Sequence record: PQ850613.1
From: Escherichia phage KarlSchell_Bas89
Strand: one strand, 5' to 3'
Length of the DNA: 64,000 nt
Shown: piece after piece, positions 29,867 to 39,096 of the stretch
How the letters are laid out: the number at the start of each line of letters is the position of its first letter
Numbering within the stretch: position 1 is the stretch's first letter
Made by a program: the position numbers and the translations under genes
The notes under the pieces: generated by a model
The model's input: only the letters and a program-made list of their open reading frames with translations
Database searches by the model: none
Told to the model about the DNA's origin: nothing

Positions 29867-30233
29867 TATTTTCTTCTTGAGTTTTAGTCTTGTGACAAGG
29901 TTCTTTACAAAGCACTTGGAATCCATGCTTCTCAACAAGTGCCCTCTGAATAATTTCATCCCAAGTAGCTTCATGGTCAATAGGAACCAGAGGCTCTATA
30001 TGGTCAATAGCCATTTCTTTAACAGGGTGATCATTGCCACACATAGCACATTGATAGTGCATTGCCAGCTTCCCTGTCTTGGGGTTTATCTTTCGTTCTG
30101 TTTGAGCATCTTTAAGAGCATCGAACATAGGCTTCCACTTCCTAGTCAGAGAGCGAATCCCTGACTTGATGAAGGAGTTATATCGAGCTTCTGTCCAAGT
30201 GCCGCTACAGCGAGTCTTCTCAACCTTCGCCAT
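29832..30233 (-). CDS. HNH endonuclease (classic Cys/His HNH)
   Basis: 'CAMCGNDHPVKEMAIDHIEPL...QVLCKEPCHKTK'. Confidence 0.75.
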   Translation of the reverse strand: MAKVEKTRCSGTWTEARYNSFIKSGIRSLTRKWKPMFDALKDAQTERKINPKTGKLAMHYQCAMCGNDHPVKEMAIDHIEPLVPIDHEATWDEIIQRALVEKHGFQVLCKEPCHKTKTQEENNARKQFKKGNN

Positions 30234-30406
30234 AACCTACATCCATATCATCCTCCTGCCAAACTCTTTTATTAACACGGTGACTAACCTTGTCAGCTTT
30301 AGGGATACGACCAGTGCGTTGATCAAACAGTTGGTGTTTAATCTTCTGATCTTTACGAGTTTCACGGTTAGGTGCAGTTTCATCATAAGTACGGTAGTTG
30401 AATTTA

Positions 30407-31255
30407 TTACCCATTATCAATATCCTTATTCCAAATTTTATCAAGCCATGACCACTCGAAGAGGTCTTCTGGTGTTTGACCTACGAATAGGAGACGAGCA
30501 TTCTCAAGCATCTTTTCTTCCCATTCTGTATCAAACTTCTTATAATATTCCATTCGCACTATATGATAAAGAGTCCACTTATCACTTACACCTTGTAAAA
30601 GGTTAATAGCAGCTTTCTTTCCAATCCCTTGACGACGGAGTTGTAACTTACCTCCCCACATGACTTCTTCACGCTCGCCACAACCGGGAATGTTGTCTGT
30701 GCCATCACCAATAAGCATTTGATAAAAGAAGTTTTGCCAAGCAACCTCATCTGATACGTAGTGAGGAGGAACCTCTTTCTGCCTTTCTCCACATGCCCAC
30801 CGATAATGCCATCCGGGGGTTATCAATAAATCTTTGTCTCGTGTGCAGATGATAGTGTTCTTGTCAGTTCGCTGCCTTTCTGCTAATGCATCGTCAGCCT
30901 CTCTTCCATAAACACCTACATACTCGTAGTTATTTTTAATGTAATCACCAACGTTCTGCCAGTGGAAAGGTCTTTCTCCCGGAGGTCGGTTGGCTTTGTA
31001 CCCTTGCTGCTTTGCTACATCAAAACGGAAGTTACCGCCTTCGCTGAAGTAGAAGATTGTCTTTCGGCAACCAGCGCGAGCAATGATTGTATCAATTTTA
31101 TTTTGAAGTCGTTCAATTAGAAATCCATAATCTACTGGTGTACGTCCTGTATCTAGGAAAGGATGCTCCTGAGTCAGAGCACCCACTTCGTATCGGAGAA
31201 CATCAGCATCAACCAAAGCTACTTCAGGATACTTAACATCTTCCATAAACATCAT
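30407..31255 (-). CDS. 5'-3' exonuclease / flap endonuclease
   Basis: 'GYKANRP' and 'DGTDNIPG' motifs typical of the FEN / 5'-3' exo family; track start is TTG. Confidence 0.75.
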   Translation of the reverse strand: MMFMEDVKYPEVALVDADVLRYEVGALTQEHPFLDTGRTPVDYGFLIERLQNKIDTIIARAGCRKTIFYFSEGGNFRFDVAKQQGYKANRPPGERPFHWQNVGDYIKNNYEYVGVYGREADDALAERQRTDKNTIICTRDKDLLITPGWHYRWACGERQKEVPPHYVSDEVAWQNFFYQMLIGDGTDNIPGCGEREEVMWGGKLQLRRQGIGKKAAINLLQGVSDKWTLYHIVRMEYYKKFDTEWEEKMLENARLLFVGQTPEDLFEWSWLDKIWNKDIDNG

Positions 31256-31847
31256 CCCGAGTTTGAGCAATAATCCAATCCAAATAATATCGAGCTTCCG
31301 AAATAGTCCGATTATTATATAATGTGCAAGTTTCTAACTGATTTCCTTCAATATAATTCCTAGAATCTCCAGAAAAATCACATCCCTCTCTTTTGACTTG
31401 AACTACTACTACATTGAAAGACTTCTCTAACTCTCTTACCTCTGCTTCAAACCCACCGTCCGTAAACAGGATAACATCATTATGATTCCTCCCTTCTGCA
31501 TTGATGCTGTTTACTGCTTGGATTCCCATATAGTTCTCACCAAACATAGGTTTTAAGTAATCTTCACTTGTGGAAATCATTAAATCCCTAACAGATCTCC
31601 CTCCCCATTCAGGTCTAGCCTTTTCTTTCCAGTCTCGGTCTTTATACAACTCCAGAAAATCCTCCAACTGCAAACCTAATGCTGCGGAGGCTACTTTGTA
31701 CATAGGCTCTTTAAATGATTTAGCATAACGGGAATAAGACGCAATGTGGGATTTTAGTAACCACTCCTCAGCTATCGTGTCTTTACCACAACCCGGAGGC
31801 CCATTGAGAATTACTACTAAAGGTTTAGACTTATCAGTCATTTCCAA
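31233..31847 (-). CDS. P-loop nucleotide kinase (dNMP-kinase-like)
   Basis: Walker A 'GPPGCGKDT'; ~200 aa. Confidence 0.55.
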   Translation of the reverse strand: MEMTDKSKPLVVILNGPPGCGKDTIAEEWLLKSHIASYSRYAKSFKEPMYKVASAALGLQLEDFLELYKDRDWKEKARPEWGGRSVRDLMISTSEDYLKPMFGENYMGIQAVNSINAEGRNHNDVILFTDGGFEAEVRELEKSFNVVVVQVKREGCDFSGDSRNYIEGNQLETCTLYNNRTISEARYYLDWIIAQTRDDVYGRC

Positions 31848-32230
31848 TCTCCAATGATTTCCATATCTAGTTTGTCTCCTTTCTTTGTAAGGAGTATTGC
31901 TGGTTTATCTTTACTTTTCATGTACTCAAACATGTGCAGAGAGCCTCTTGACTCTCCATCCCAGAAGACTATTGCTGAGTCAGCATATTCTCCCATGTCT
32001 ACGTTTCTAAGGATACCAGCTTTCTTTCCTAAGGTTGTCCAAGACGGGATAAACCTTTTAATACCAAGGCCGTTATGCTTAGCAATAACCTCTCCATGAG
32101 AGTCTGGCCCTTTTGCTCCCCCTGATACAACTTCAGTGAAGAGCTTAGGTATACCTTTCGGGAGTAAATCCCACATCTGAATAAAAGAAGGCCAGTCAAT
32201 AGACCGGCTTCCTGCTATAATCACTTTCAT
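31838..32230 (-). CDS. Rossmann-type nucleotide-binding protein (DprA/LOG/SLOG-like)
   Basis: 'IIAGSRS...VVSGGAKGPD' motif. Confidence 0.35.
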   Translation of the reverse strand: MKVIIAGSRSIDWPSFIQMWDLLPKGIPKLFTEVVSGGAKGPDSHGEVIAKHNGLGIKRFIPSWTTLGKKAGILRNVDMGEYADSAIVFWDGESRGSLHMFEYMKSKDKPAILLTKKGDKLDMEIIGDWK

Positions 32231-32231
32231 A

Positions 32232-32873
32232 TTAAGACCCTTGGAATTCTTCCTTGTCGAAGTGCTTCTCTACCACATACTCATACAGATCTTTATACTC
32301 TGCATAACGACGATAGAATGTCCCATGTGAGATGCCTAATTCTTTCTGAATGGAATCGTGAGGGATACCTAAGAAGAGCATTGAGAACATGCTTGCAAGC
32401 TTCTGTGTATCCATTGTATCACTCAAATCTTGGAAGAAGTAGAAGATACGAGACTCCATGAAAGGGTCCCCAACTGAGTCATGCTTATTAACTGCATATT
32501 CCAGAGGGCCTTCTGAGTAAATGTCAGGGTTGTTAAACATATCTGCTTCTGGAATAGCATAGATACGTCGATCACCAACTGTCTGTCGATTGGAACGGAT
32601 AGACCAGATGATATTCTTCACACGATAAGTCATGTGCTCAATCTCTACTTCACCTTCTAGTAGAAGTTCTTCTTGCTTGGAGTAGATGAAACGCCAAACA
32701 TTAAGCAACACCTCTTGAGCTACATCCTCTGCTTCATGATAGTCACGAATGTCGTACATAAAGAATTTGTGAACCACTTTCCAGTTCACCTTATAGAACT
32801 CATCGAAGGTTGGGAAGTATTTGATTGGAATACCGTGAATACGATACCGAGTAGGTGTTGTTTTCTTAGCCAC
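32232..32873 (-). CDS. phage-encoded sigma-factor-like protein (ECF/sigma-70 regions 2 and 4)
   Basis: Region-2-like '[14 protein letters not shown]' and region-4 HTH-like '[23 protein letters not shown]'; GTG start with AAGGA RBS. Confidence 0.5.
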   Translation of the reverse strand: MAKKTTPTRYRIHGIPIKYFPTFDEFYKVNWKVVHKFFMYDIRDYHEAEDVAQEVLLNVWRFIYSKQEELLLEGEVEIEHMTYRVKNIIWSIRSNRQTVGDRRIYAIPEADMFNNPDIYSEGPLEYAVNKHDSVGDPFMESRIFYFFQDLSDTMDTQKLASMFSMLFLGIPHDSIQKELGISHGTFYRRYAEYKDLYEYVVEKHFDKEEFQGS

Positions 32874-32903
32874 AAGTTATCCTTAACTTTGTCGGTTTTA
32901 ATT

Positions 32904-33110
32904 TTATACACTGATCAAGTAAATAGCTGTTTCAGGGTTTGGTGTGTTTTGTTGTGGTGTGCCGGAGATACGAATCCACTCATCATTTTCTGGTTCGTAA
33001 TACAACCAAGCATCTGTGAATTTGAAAGTTCTTCCAAACACTTTATTATCATGTTCCCAAATTACGTGAACATTCCTAGTATCAGGTAGAACTGATTGCG
33101 CTCTAATCAT
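32904..33110 (-). CDS. hypothetical protein
   Basis: 68-aa ORF in coding orientation. Confidence 0.3.
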   Translation of the reverse strand: MIRAQSVLPDTRNVHVIWEHDNKVFGRTFKFTDAWLYYEPENDEWIRISGTPQQNTPNPETAIYLISV

Positions 33111-33367
33111 TGAATACCTCTTTCTTTCAGAGCTTCTAACAACCCATTGTGGTTAGCAGCACACTCTGGGTACTGGTCTTGATACCACTCTAGTGTCGTT
33201 AATATTGCAACACCTTGTGGACTTTTTAGCATCGGCAAATCTACACGACACTTAGTTTTTAGATTTGTTGGTAATGGCATTAACTGCCTGCTGTTGTCGC
33301 TCGTTGAACAGCTTGACGTACTCATCACTAGCGCAAACATTATAAAAAACTGGCTTAGTCTTTTCAT
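33107..33367 (-). CDS. candidate o-spanin (Rz1-like lipoprotein), overlapped with the i-spanin in another frame
   Basis: 'MKRLSQFFIMFALVMSTSSC' signal with lipobox-like TSSC; Pro-containing mature part; imperfect lipobox. Confidence 0.35.
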   Translation of the reverse strand: MKRLSQFFIMFALVMSTSSCSTSDNSRQLMPLPTNLKTKCRVDLPMLKSPQGVAILTTLEWYQDQYPECAANHNGLLEALKERGIQ

Positions 33368-33626
33368 AGTGCATCTCTTTGTAAACTGTCTCAGTGTTCT
33401 TCTTCCAGTCTGATAGACCATTGAGAACTCTCATAGCAACATCATCAGCTGCTTTGTTTCTCTCTATCTCTAATTCTTGCTGATGTTTCTCTTTGTCCAG
33501 ATTATTACTATCTGTTTGATATTCGTTAAACTTCATACCACCAAAGAATACAAGAGCTGAAAAGATGATGAACCCTAAGTTATCACTTAACGTGTTTTGC
33601 ATATTATCTCCAACGAAAAAAGCCAC
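33252..33626 (-). CDS. candidate i-spanin (Rz-like)
   Basis: N-terminal TMD 'GFIIFSALVFFGG' followed by a charged coiled-coil periplasmic domain. Confidence 0.4.
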   Translation of the reverse strand: MAFFVGDNMQNTLSDNLGFIIFSALVFFGGMKFNEYQTDSNNLDKEKHQQELEIERNKAADDVAMRVLNGLSDWKKNTETVYKEMHYEKTKPVFYNVCASDEYVKLFNERQQQAVNAITNKSKN

Positions 33627-33640
33627 CCGAAGGTGGCTAA
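33611..33640 (-). terminator. intrinsic terminator on the minus strand
   Basis: Minus-strand agccacc-ttcg-ggtggc followed by tttttt. Confidence 0.6.
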
Positions 33641-33660
33641 ACTGTTACAAGGAGAGATAC

Positions 33661-34401
33661 TTAGAATGGAGATTCGTCTTCTTCAAAAGTAGACTCAGGC
33701 TCACGATCAATAGTAGGGATAGAAGCAACCGGCTCTTTCTGCTCGTTCTCAGAAGCCTTAGTGACTTCACGACCAGCGAGAGGAATGTTCTTAGCGTCAT
33801 TAGCTTGGGTAAGCAGGTTACGCTGGAATGGGAAGATTACCTGATAAGCAGCTACGTTATCATCTGTTTCAGCATACGGTTCGAAGAAGACCAGAGGACT
33901 GCGAGCAGCAGCAACAGCTTCACGATACTTGGTAGGAATCGGAGTAATCTGTTTGATAGAGTTCTTAACTTCACCAGCTTTGTTGGTGTAAGAGTTGATT
34001 AGAACGTTTACAGGCTGACCTAACAGCATTTCTTTAAACCAAGCCAAATCACCTTTCAGTGCTTGGATGCTAGGGTCAACCATCTTAATTAGGTTGAGAA
34101 TACCAGAGTTCTTAGCTCGTGGGTTTACATCGAAGCTCTTAAACTGACATGCAGGGCGCGGGTCAAGAGCATTGCCTTCAGAGTCCTTACCGGTTGCATC
34201 AACACCAATCAGCTCAAACGCCAAGTCCATACGGAAAGCTGGGTTCTTAGGAGTAACTGCTTTAGTCTTAGGGTCAACCCAAGGGTCACGATTGTGAACA
34301 CCAAGACCAACAACACGAACGATACGAGCTTCGTACTCACCATCAGGGATTACGTCGTAGTTGGATTTACGGGAAACGGACATAGTTGGGATAGAAGACA
34401 T
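33661..34401 (-). CDS. single-stranded DNA-binding protein (T7 gp2.5-like)
   Basis: Acidic C-terminal tail ending in aromatic F ('EEDESPF'); size; placement in the T7-like replication set. Confidence 0.5.
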   Translation of the reverse strand: MSSIPTMSVSRKSNYDVIPDGEYEARIVRVVGLGVHNRDPWVDPKTKAVTPKNPAFRMDLAFELIGVDATGKDSEGNALDPRPACQFKSFDVNPRAKNSGILNLIKMVDPSIQALKGDLAWFKEMLLGQPVNVLINSYTNKAGEVKNSIKQITPIPTKYREAVAAARSPLVFFEPYAETDDNVAAYQVIFPFQRNLLTQANDAKNIPLAGREVTKASENEQKEPVASIPTIDREPESTFEEDESPF

Positions 34402-34458
34402 ATTTTAATTTCCTTATTTAATTTAAGATTGTTGCTCACTTTGAGCGGTTATGTATAG

Positions 34459-34467
34459 TATACATTA
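34459..34467 (-). promoter_or_regulatory. promoter-like motif TAATGTATA on the minus strand, ~58 nt upstream of the SSB gene
   Basis: Plus-strand tatacatta; 9 of 10 match to the recurrent 10-mer. Confidence 0.4.
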
Positions 34468-34530
34468 CACCTATACCGATAAGGGTGCTATATAGTATAA
34501 GCAGTAGTGGTAGTAGATATTGACTACTAG

Positions 34531-34540
34531 TAATGTATAT
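34531..34540 (+). promoter_or_regulatory. promoter-like motif TAATGTATAT on the plus strand inside a minus-strand gene arm
   Basis: Exact 10-mer, preceded by TTGACT at 34520; no plus-strand CDS lies downstream. Confidence 0.3.
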
Positions 34541-34946
34541 ATTGTATAGATGATAATTCTATTGCAGGCTTGTATATTGGGCAATTCTCAGAATCCCTTG
34601 CAAGTACCGAAGGGCAGGAGACACCTGCGAGATAAAAATAGAGAATTAAGGAATCCTTGATTTAGGTTGTAGGGACTCCTAGGGACTTTGATTCTCTATT
34701 TAAAAGAAATATTAATTACTTACTACCTAAATAGTTAACTAACTTACTTAAAACCTTTTCAATAAGAATTGCTAAAAGGATAATTCCTAAGAAAGCTAAT
34801 AAGAGAAAGGCATAAGTTACCATTCCATCATTCCTTTTAATCTAGATTCTTCTACTATTCGCTGATAGAGTAAGTTAGACTCAGCTTGATCTTTTAACAT
34901 TTTACTGTATTGATCTCTGAGACTATCTTTATAAACAACAGGTGGT

Positions 34947-35453
34947 TTAAATAGTGATGATACTTTGTTCTTTTCTTCTTTCATCAAAAGTCTTCCTAAT
35001 CTCTTGCAGAGATACAGCTTTAAAGTTGATTTGTTCCATCGAGGTACAGAAGTATCTCCAATCATCAATCACATGATTGTGAGTATGAGCATAGATGTTG
35101 AACTTCCCTCTCATTTCATCAGCGTGAATGGGAATGTGAGTCACCCAAAACTCTTTGTACTTGAAGTCACCTGATACAGTTCTGAACACTTTCATAATCT
35201 GTGGTAACAAATCCAGTCTGTCATGATTCCCTAAGACAAGATGCTTCTCGCCTTTAATCTCATAGATGATATCCAGTGCATATGGTTCAAACACCCAATC
35301 ACCAGTGAAGAAAGTCTTATCTCGTTTAGTCACATGGTCAAACGCTGAAAGAACTGCTTTATCGTGCTCTTCAATACTACCAAACTGTTTACGAAACTTG
35401 CAGATATTACGATGACCTAAGTGACCATCTCCTGCGAAATATACTTCAGCCAT
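34947..35453 (-). CDS. calcineurin-like metallophosphatase
   Basis: 'GDGHLGH' and 'LGNHD' metallophosphoesterase motifs. Confidence 0.7.
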   Translation of the reverse strand: MAEVYFAGDGHLGHRNICKFRKQFGSIEEHDKAVLSAFDHVTKRDKTFFTGDWVFEPYALDIIYEIKGEKHLVLGNHDRLDLLPQIMKVFRTVSGDFKYKEFWVTHIPIHADEMRGKFNIYAHTHNHVIDDWRYFCTSMEQINFKAVSLQEIRKTFDERRKEQSIITI

Positions 35454-35462
35454 AAAGACCTC

Positions 35463-35945
35463 TTAGATAGTTAATTTGTGATCTTCCTCCGCTCTGTTTC
35501 TGACAGAGACGGCTTCCTCTAGGGTTGAGAAAGTTCCTAGGTATTTAGTTTTACCTTTAATGTGTATGTTGGCTATGTACTTCCCTCTTGAATTGAGGTA
35601 CACACCCTTAGCCCCTGAGGTGTTGTTAGAATTCAAACCCTTATTCCAAGAGTTATTCTCGTTGTTAACCTCTCTAAGGTTGCCTATGGAATCATTGGAA
35701 GGATTTCGATCAATGTGGTCTATTTGATCTTTAGGTAAAACGCCATTAGCAAAATACCAAATGATATGGTATCTGTAAATAGCTCTTCCTTTCAATCGAA
35801 TAAACACTCTTCCATCCTTTTTTGAAGTTCCTGCCTCATCACCTCGCCTGCATTTTGTTCCGTTGTGAATTCTCCAGAACACTTTCCCAGATGATAAATC
35901 ACAAACAAAGAACTCATCCAGAAGATCTTCTATCATATCATGCAA
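35463..35945 (-). CDS. HNH homing endonuclease with AP2-like domain
   Basis: 'YRYHIIWYFANGVLPKDQIDHIDRNPSNDSIGNLR' plus 'KGVYLNSRGKYIANIHIKGKTKYLGTFSTLEEA'. Confidence 0.8.
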   Translation of the reverse strand: MHDMIEDLLDEFFVCDLSSGKVFWRIHNGTKCRRGDEAGTSKKDGRVFIRLKGRAIYRYHIIWYFANGVLPKDQIDHIDRNPSNDSIGNLREVNNENNSWNKGLNSNNTSGAKGVYLNSRGKYIANIHIKGKTKYLGTFSTLEEAVSVRNRAEEDHKLTI

Positions 35946-36154
35946 CCATCACACACGAAATCCCCACTCAGGGATTCTTGTAATAAACGACTTTGTTCAT
36001 CAGAGACTAACTGATTAACAACTTTCTGTAACTCTAACAGTTGATCAAAATCTATATATTGTCCTTCCTCAAGAACGTTAGTTTCAATCCCCCATAAAGG
36101 TGACGGCATGTTTCCACTTGCATTAAAAATCATCGTATGTTTCCTTATGTCCAA
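35933..36154 (-). CDS. hypothetical protein
   Basis: 73-aa ORF in coding orientation. Confidence 0.3.
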   Translation of the reverse strand: MDIRKHTMIFNASGNMPSPLWGIETNVLEEGQYIDFDQLLELQKVVNQLVSDEQSRLLQESLSGDFVCDGCMI

Positions 36155-36467
36155 GATTTAGCTTTTACTTCAACGTAGGTTTTAACTTCACCTTTCAGAA
36201 CCTCTTGAGAAGCGATAGCGCTTTCTTCAGAGTGGTGTACAACGGTAATTACTTTCTTTCCAATCTTATAAGTATGAACCCAAATCATTTAACTTCCTCA
36301 ATATCAACTAATTCGAAACTCCCTATTTCTTCAAGCTGGATAATCTTTTCAACCTTCTCAACAGCTTTAATAGGGTTCTCTTCTTCTACAACCTTACACC
36401 CCGACACCACGAGACTGCCTGTCCCACGAAGGTATAGATTTAACTTATAGATCACTTTGTAATATTT

Positions 36468-36646
36468 CACCTTGATAAGACCCTTCCCCAATCTTTGATG
36501 TAACAGCGACCATCAATCCACTTGGTCTCTGATTTAAATTCTTGAGAGATTCTTGTTTCACAGTCTTCTTTACTGTAGTCACCAAGCATCTCCATAACAC
36601 AAATAAACAGAGCTATACCAATGGCCCACAAGATTAACTTCTTCAT
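36468..36646 (-). CDS. small membrane protein (59 aa, below the track cutoff)
   Basis: ATGA start-stop overlap with the upstream HAD-like gene; N-terminal TMD 'LILWAIGIALFICVM'. Confidence 0.3.
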
Positions 36647-37035
36647 CGAATCACCAAAGGCTCATCAGAGTACACAGGAGCGGCTATTTCTACAGGAGGT
36701 GCTGCTTTAAGGTCATTAAGTCTTACACCCTTTAGCATCCCATCTAGGTGGTCCATTTTAGGGATTCCAACAGGGAAGTCATCAATCCAGATATCTACAA
36801 AGAAACCTAGTTGACGACATACATCATCCTTCTGTACACCATTACAAAAGATAACAGGAATCTGTAAGGTCTCTGCATCATAGAGAATGTCTACGTTGTC
36901 ATACCCGTTAGGCTCTGAGAATCGGAAAGTTACAAATCGAACATCGTGCCCATTTGCTTTCATTAAACCAATCACGTCTCTCCACAAGCGTCTATCCGCT
37001 GTGTATGTATCATCATAATCTAAACCAATGTTCAT
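36643..37035 (-). CDS. HAD-like phosphatase / nucleotidase
   Basis: N-terminal DxDxT motif 'LDYDDT'. Confidence 0.45.
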   Translation of the reverse strand: MNIGLDYDDTYTADRRLWRDVIGLMKANGHDVRFVTFRFSEPNGYDNVDILYDAETLQIPVIFCNGVQKDDVCRQLGFFVDIWIDDFPVGIPKMDHLDGMLKGVRLNDLKAAPPVEIAAPVYSDEPLVIR

Positions 37036-37051
37036 ATCTAATCCTTAGACA

Positions 37052-37081
37052 AGAAAAGCCGCCCGAAGGCAGCTCTTTATT
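37052..37081 (-). terminator. intrinsic terminator on the minus strand; same 25-nt element as the plus-strand terminator at 7665
   Basis: Minus-strand agctgcc-ttcg-ggcggct followed by tttcttg. Confidence 0.6.
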
Positions 37082-37279
37082 TTATGCTTCTTGTTCTTCT
37101 GGCTCTTCAGCGTTCAACTGTTCCAGTCGATCATTCTCAATACTAAGATCAATAACTACACCAGTAAGTTCTACTACAGCCTGACGCAGTGCGTCTTTAC
37201 CCATCGAGTTAACTTGGGTCAGGAAGAATGCTTTACCTTCTTCGGTGGATAGGGTTTCTTTAAGTTCAATAGGGGTCAT
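37082..37279 (-). CDS. hypothetical protein
   Basis: 65-aa ORF in coding orientation. Confidence 0.3.
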   Translation of the reverse strand: MTPIELKETLSTEEGKAFFLTQVNSMGKDALRQAVVELTGVVIDLSIENDRLEQLNAEEPEEQEA

Positions 37280-37626
37280 TTATTATCTCTCATAAATTCG
37301 GGTTACTGTACCACCCGCAGCTTCTACTTGAGCTACGAATGAATCACGCTCTTCATCTGTATAAACCAGCTCATTCAGGAAGATCCCTTCAGAGTCTTGG
37401 TACAAGATGTTCCACTTAGGCAGGGGCTTACGAATCAAGTCCATCACTCTTTATCCTCCCGTTCTTTCCACAGTTGGGCTAGTTCTAAATAATACTCAGC
37501 TTCGTCAGTGCGTCCTTGTTCTTTACAGATGCTATGCTGACGGAAGCACCAATCTGAAGGTTGCTCTTCCACTTCCTTGTCTCCTTGAGAAGTAATCAAT
37601 AAGACTACTTCATTTGTTTTTCCAAT

Positions 37627-37818
37627 TCACTCTGCCATTTGAGGAATCTCTAGATGCTTTATAGAGAAGTTTTTATTTGGGAAAGTCTTTATTAGCCAAG
37701 CTGCTTCTTGGATAGCTTTGTTTTCTTTCTCGTAAATACAAAGCCGAGCATCCAAGGAAACAATTCTCCCGGTTTCGCTGACGATTACCCATGTTTTATA
37801 GGTATAAGTAGGGGTCAT
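37627..37818 (-). CDS. hypothetical protein
   Basis: 63-aa ORF in coding orientation. Confidence 0.3.
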   Translation of the reverse strand: MTPTYTYKTWVIVSETGRIVSLDARLCIYEKENKAIQEAAWLIKTFPNKNFSIKHLEIPQMAE

Positions 37819-37834
37819 TGATAATCCTTTTGAA

Positions 37835-38316
37835 TCAATGTGTGTGATTCCAATTTAATCCAATCTGACAGTCAGATGCCAGAGGGCATTCCATCTTGAG
37901 ATACTCACCAGCTTTCTTAACACAAAGCTCTGTAAGCTCTTTTAGCTTTTGTGCATCATTACGGTGAACAGAGAACTGCCCTTCATCGTGCATGTCAATA
38001 ACCTTCGCACAACGAACACCATCACGCTCAATCCACTTGTTAAGGAAAAGCATGGCATACTTCATAACAATCGCACCAGCACTCTGTAAGAGAGTATTCA
38101 GTGCTTTATGAACCATTACCTTGCCTGTTGCATCACGTCTCATTGTAATACGACGACCATCAACACCCAAGATATAACCTTGAGCTGCTTTCTCTGTCAT
38201 ACGCTCAATAAGAATTGCAATACAAGGATTCTCTGCCAAGAAACGTGCTCTCATTACTGCACCTTCTTCAGAGCCTCCACCAACGATAGAACCGAGCTTA
38301 GCATCACCTGCCCCAT
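37835..38316 (-). CDS. DNA polymerase (family A, T7 gp5-like) exon 2: C-terminal palm with motif C
   Basis: 'GAGDAKLGSIVGG', 'HKALNTLLQSAGAIVMK' and 'DMHDEGQF' match family-A motif B (second half) and motif C; frame is open upstream of the track ATG to 38323. Confidence 0.75.
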
Positions 38317-39096
38317 CAATAGTTCAAGCAAAGGCGCTACTCTTTGCTCCGTTCTCTTATGAACTGCTTACAGTTTCCTGTAAGATCGGACTATATCTTC
38401 ATCTCCACCTTTACGTGCTGAGAGACAGGCGCTTCCGTAACACTTGTTACGTACTCCCTTCCGGGATAGTCTCTGAACTTTCCGTGACACAAACTTTTCT
38501 ACATAGATCAATGAACTGAGCATCAGATAGTTTACCTTTTGCATTATTCACTTCCCAAGTTACCCATTGGACATTTCCAATTTCGTAACCTTTCGAATTA
38601 TCCTTCCTATCTAAAGAAAGTTTATTCGGGTGTCCGCTGACGAAAGATAGTGAATCCCCTGTCAAGGCACATTTGTAGTTTTGCTGAGAAAGAAGCTCGA
38701 ATAAATAGTCTTGAGTAATCGTGAACTCAAAACCCCTTTCTCTAGCTCTGTGATGGGAGTTGTGATATCTCTCACGAACCGCTCCACCCCAAGTTTGTCG
38801 ATATTGTCCCATAGCAGCAGATGCTGCACTTCTGTTTCGACGTCTCCACTCATTTGAAGCAATGCGAGCACAATTTTTACATTGACATTGCTTTCCATCT
38901 TTACTCTTAGATGAATTATGGAAACTGTCGAGTGGCTTTTCTTCGCCACAGCTTGAACATATCTTTGTCATAAACACCTCCTTGTGTTGATGTTTATGTC
39001 ACGGCTTAGCTGCTGATTGGCATATCTTTCGACTTAGCTTTCCAGCAATTCACCTGTTTTGCTTCTGCACATTTCTATGCAGTGAACCAATTATTT
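38317..39096 (-). other. group I-type intron (780 nt) in the DNA polymerase gene, carrying a homing endonuclease ORF
   Basis: 5' exon ends in U (39097); candidate guide GGUU in the intron pairs with exon AACU (U-G at splice site); intron ends in G (38317); splicing rejoins FIYAF-NYGAGD and the joined exons total 1845 nt. Confidence 0.6.
38447..38971 (-). CDS. intron-encoded HNH-type homing endonuclease with N-terminal zinc ribbon
   Basis: Own RBS AAGGAG before ATG 38971; 'CSSCGEE...CQCKNC' zinc ribbon; C-terminal 'SLDRKDNSKGYEIGNVQWVTWEVNNAKG' HNH-like. Confidence 0.6.
   Translation of the reverse strand: MTKICSSCGEEKPLDSFHNSSKSKDGKQCQCKNCARIASNEWRRRNRSAASAAMGQYRQTWGGAVRERYHNSHHRARERGFEFTITQDYLFELLSQQNYKCALTGDSLSFVSGHPNKLSLDRKDNSKGYEIGNVQWVTWEVNNAKGKLSDAQFIDLCRKVCVTESSETIPEGST

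Noticed and set aside
38317-39096. Intein or plain gene fission in the DNA polymerase
   Set aside because: The insert has in-frame stops and its own RBS and start for the endonuclease, which rules out an intein. The splice-site U and terminal G, the guide pairing and exact restoration of motif B favour a group I intron over two separate polypeptides.
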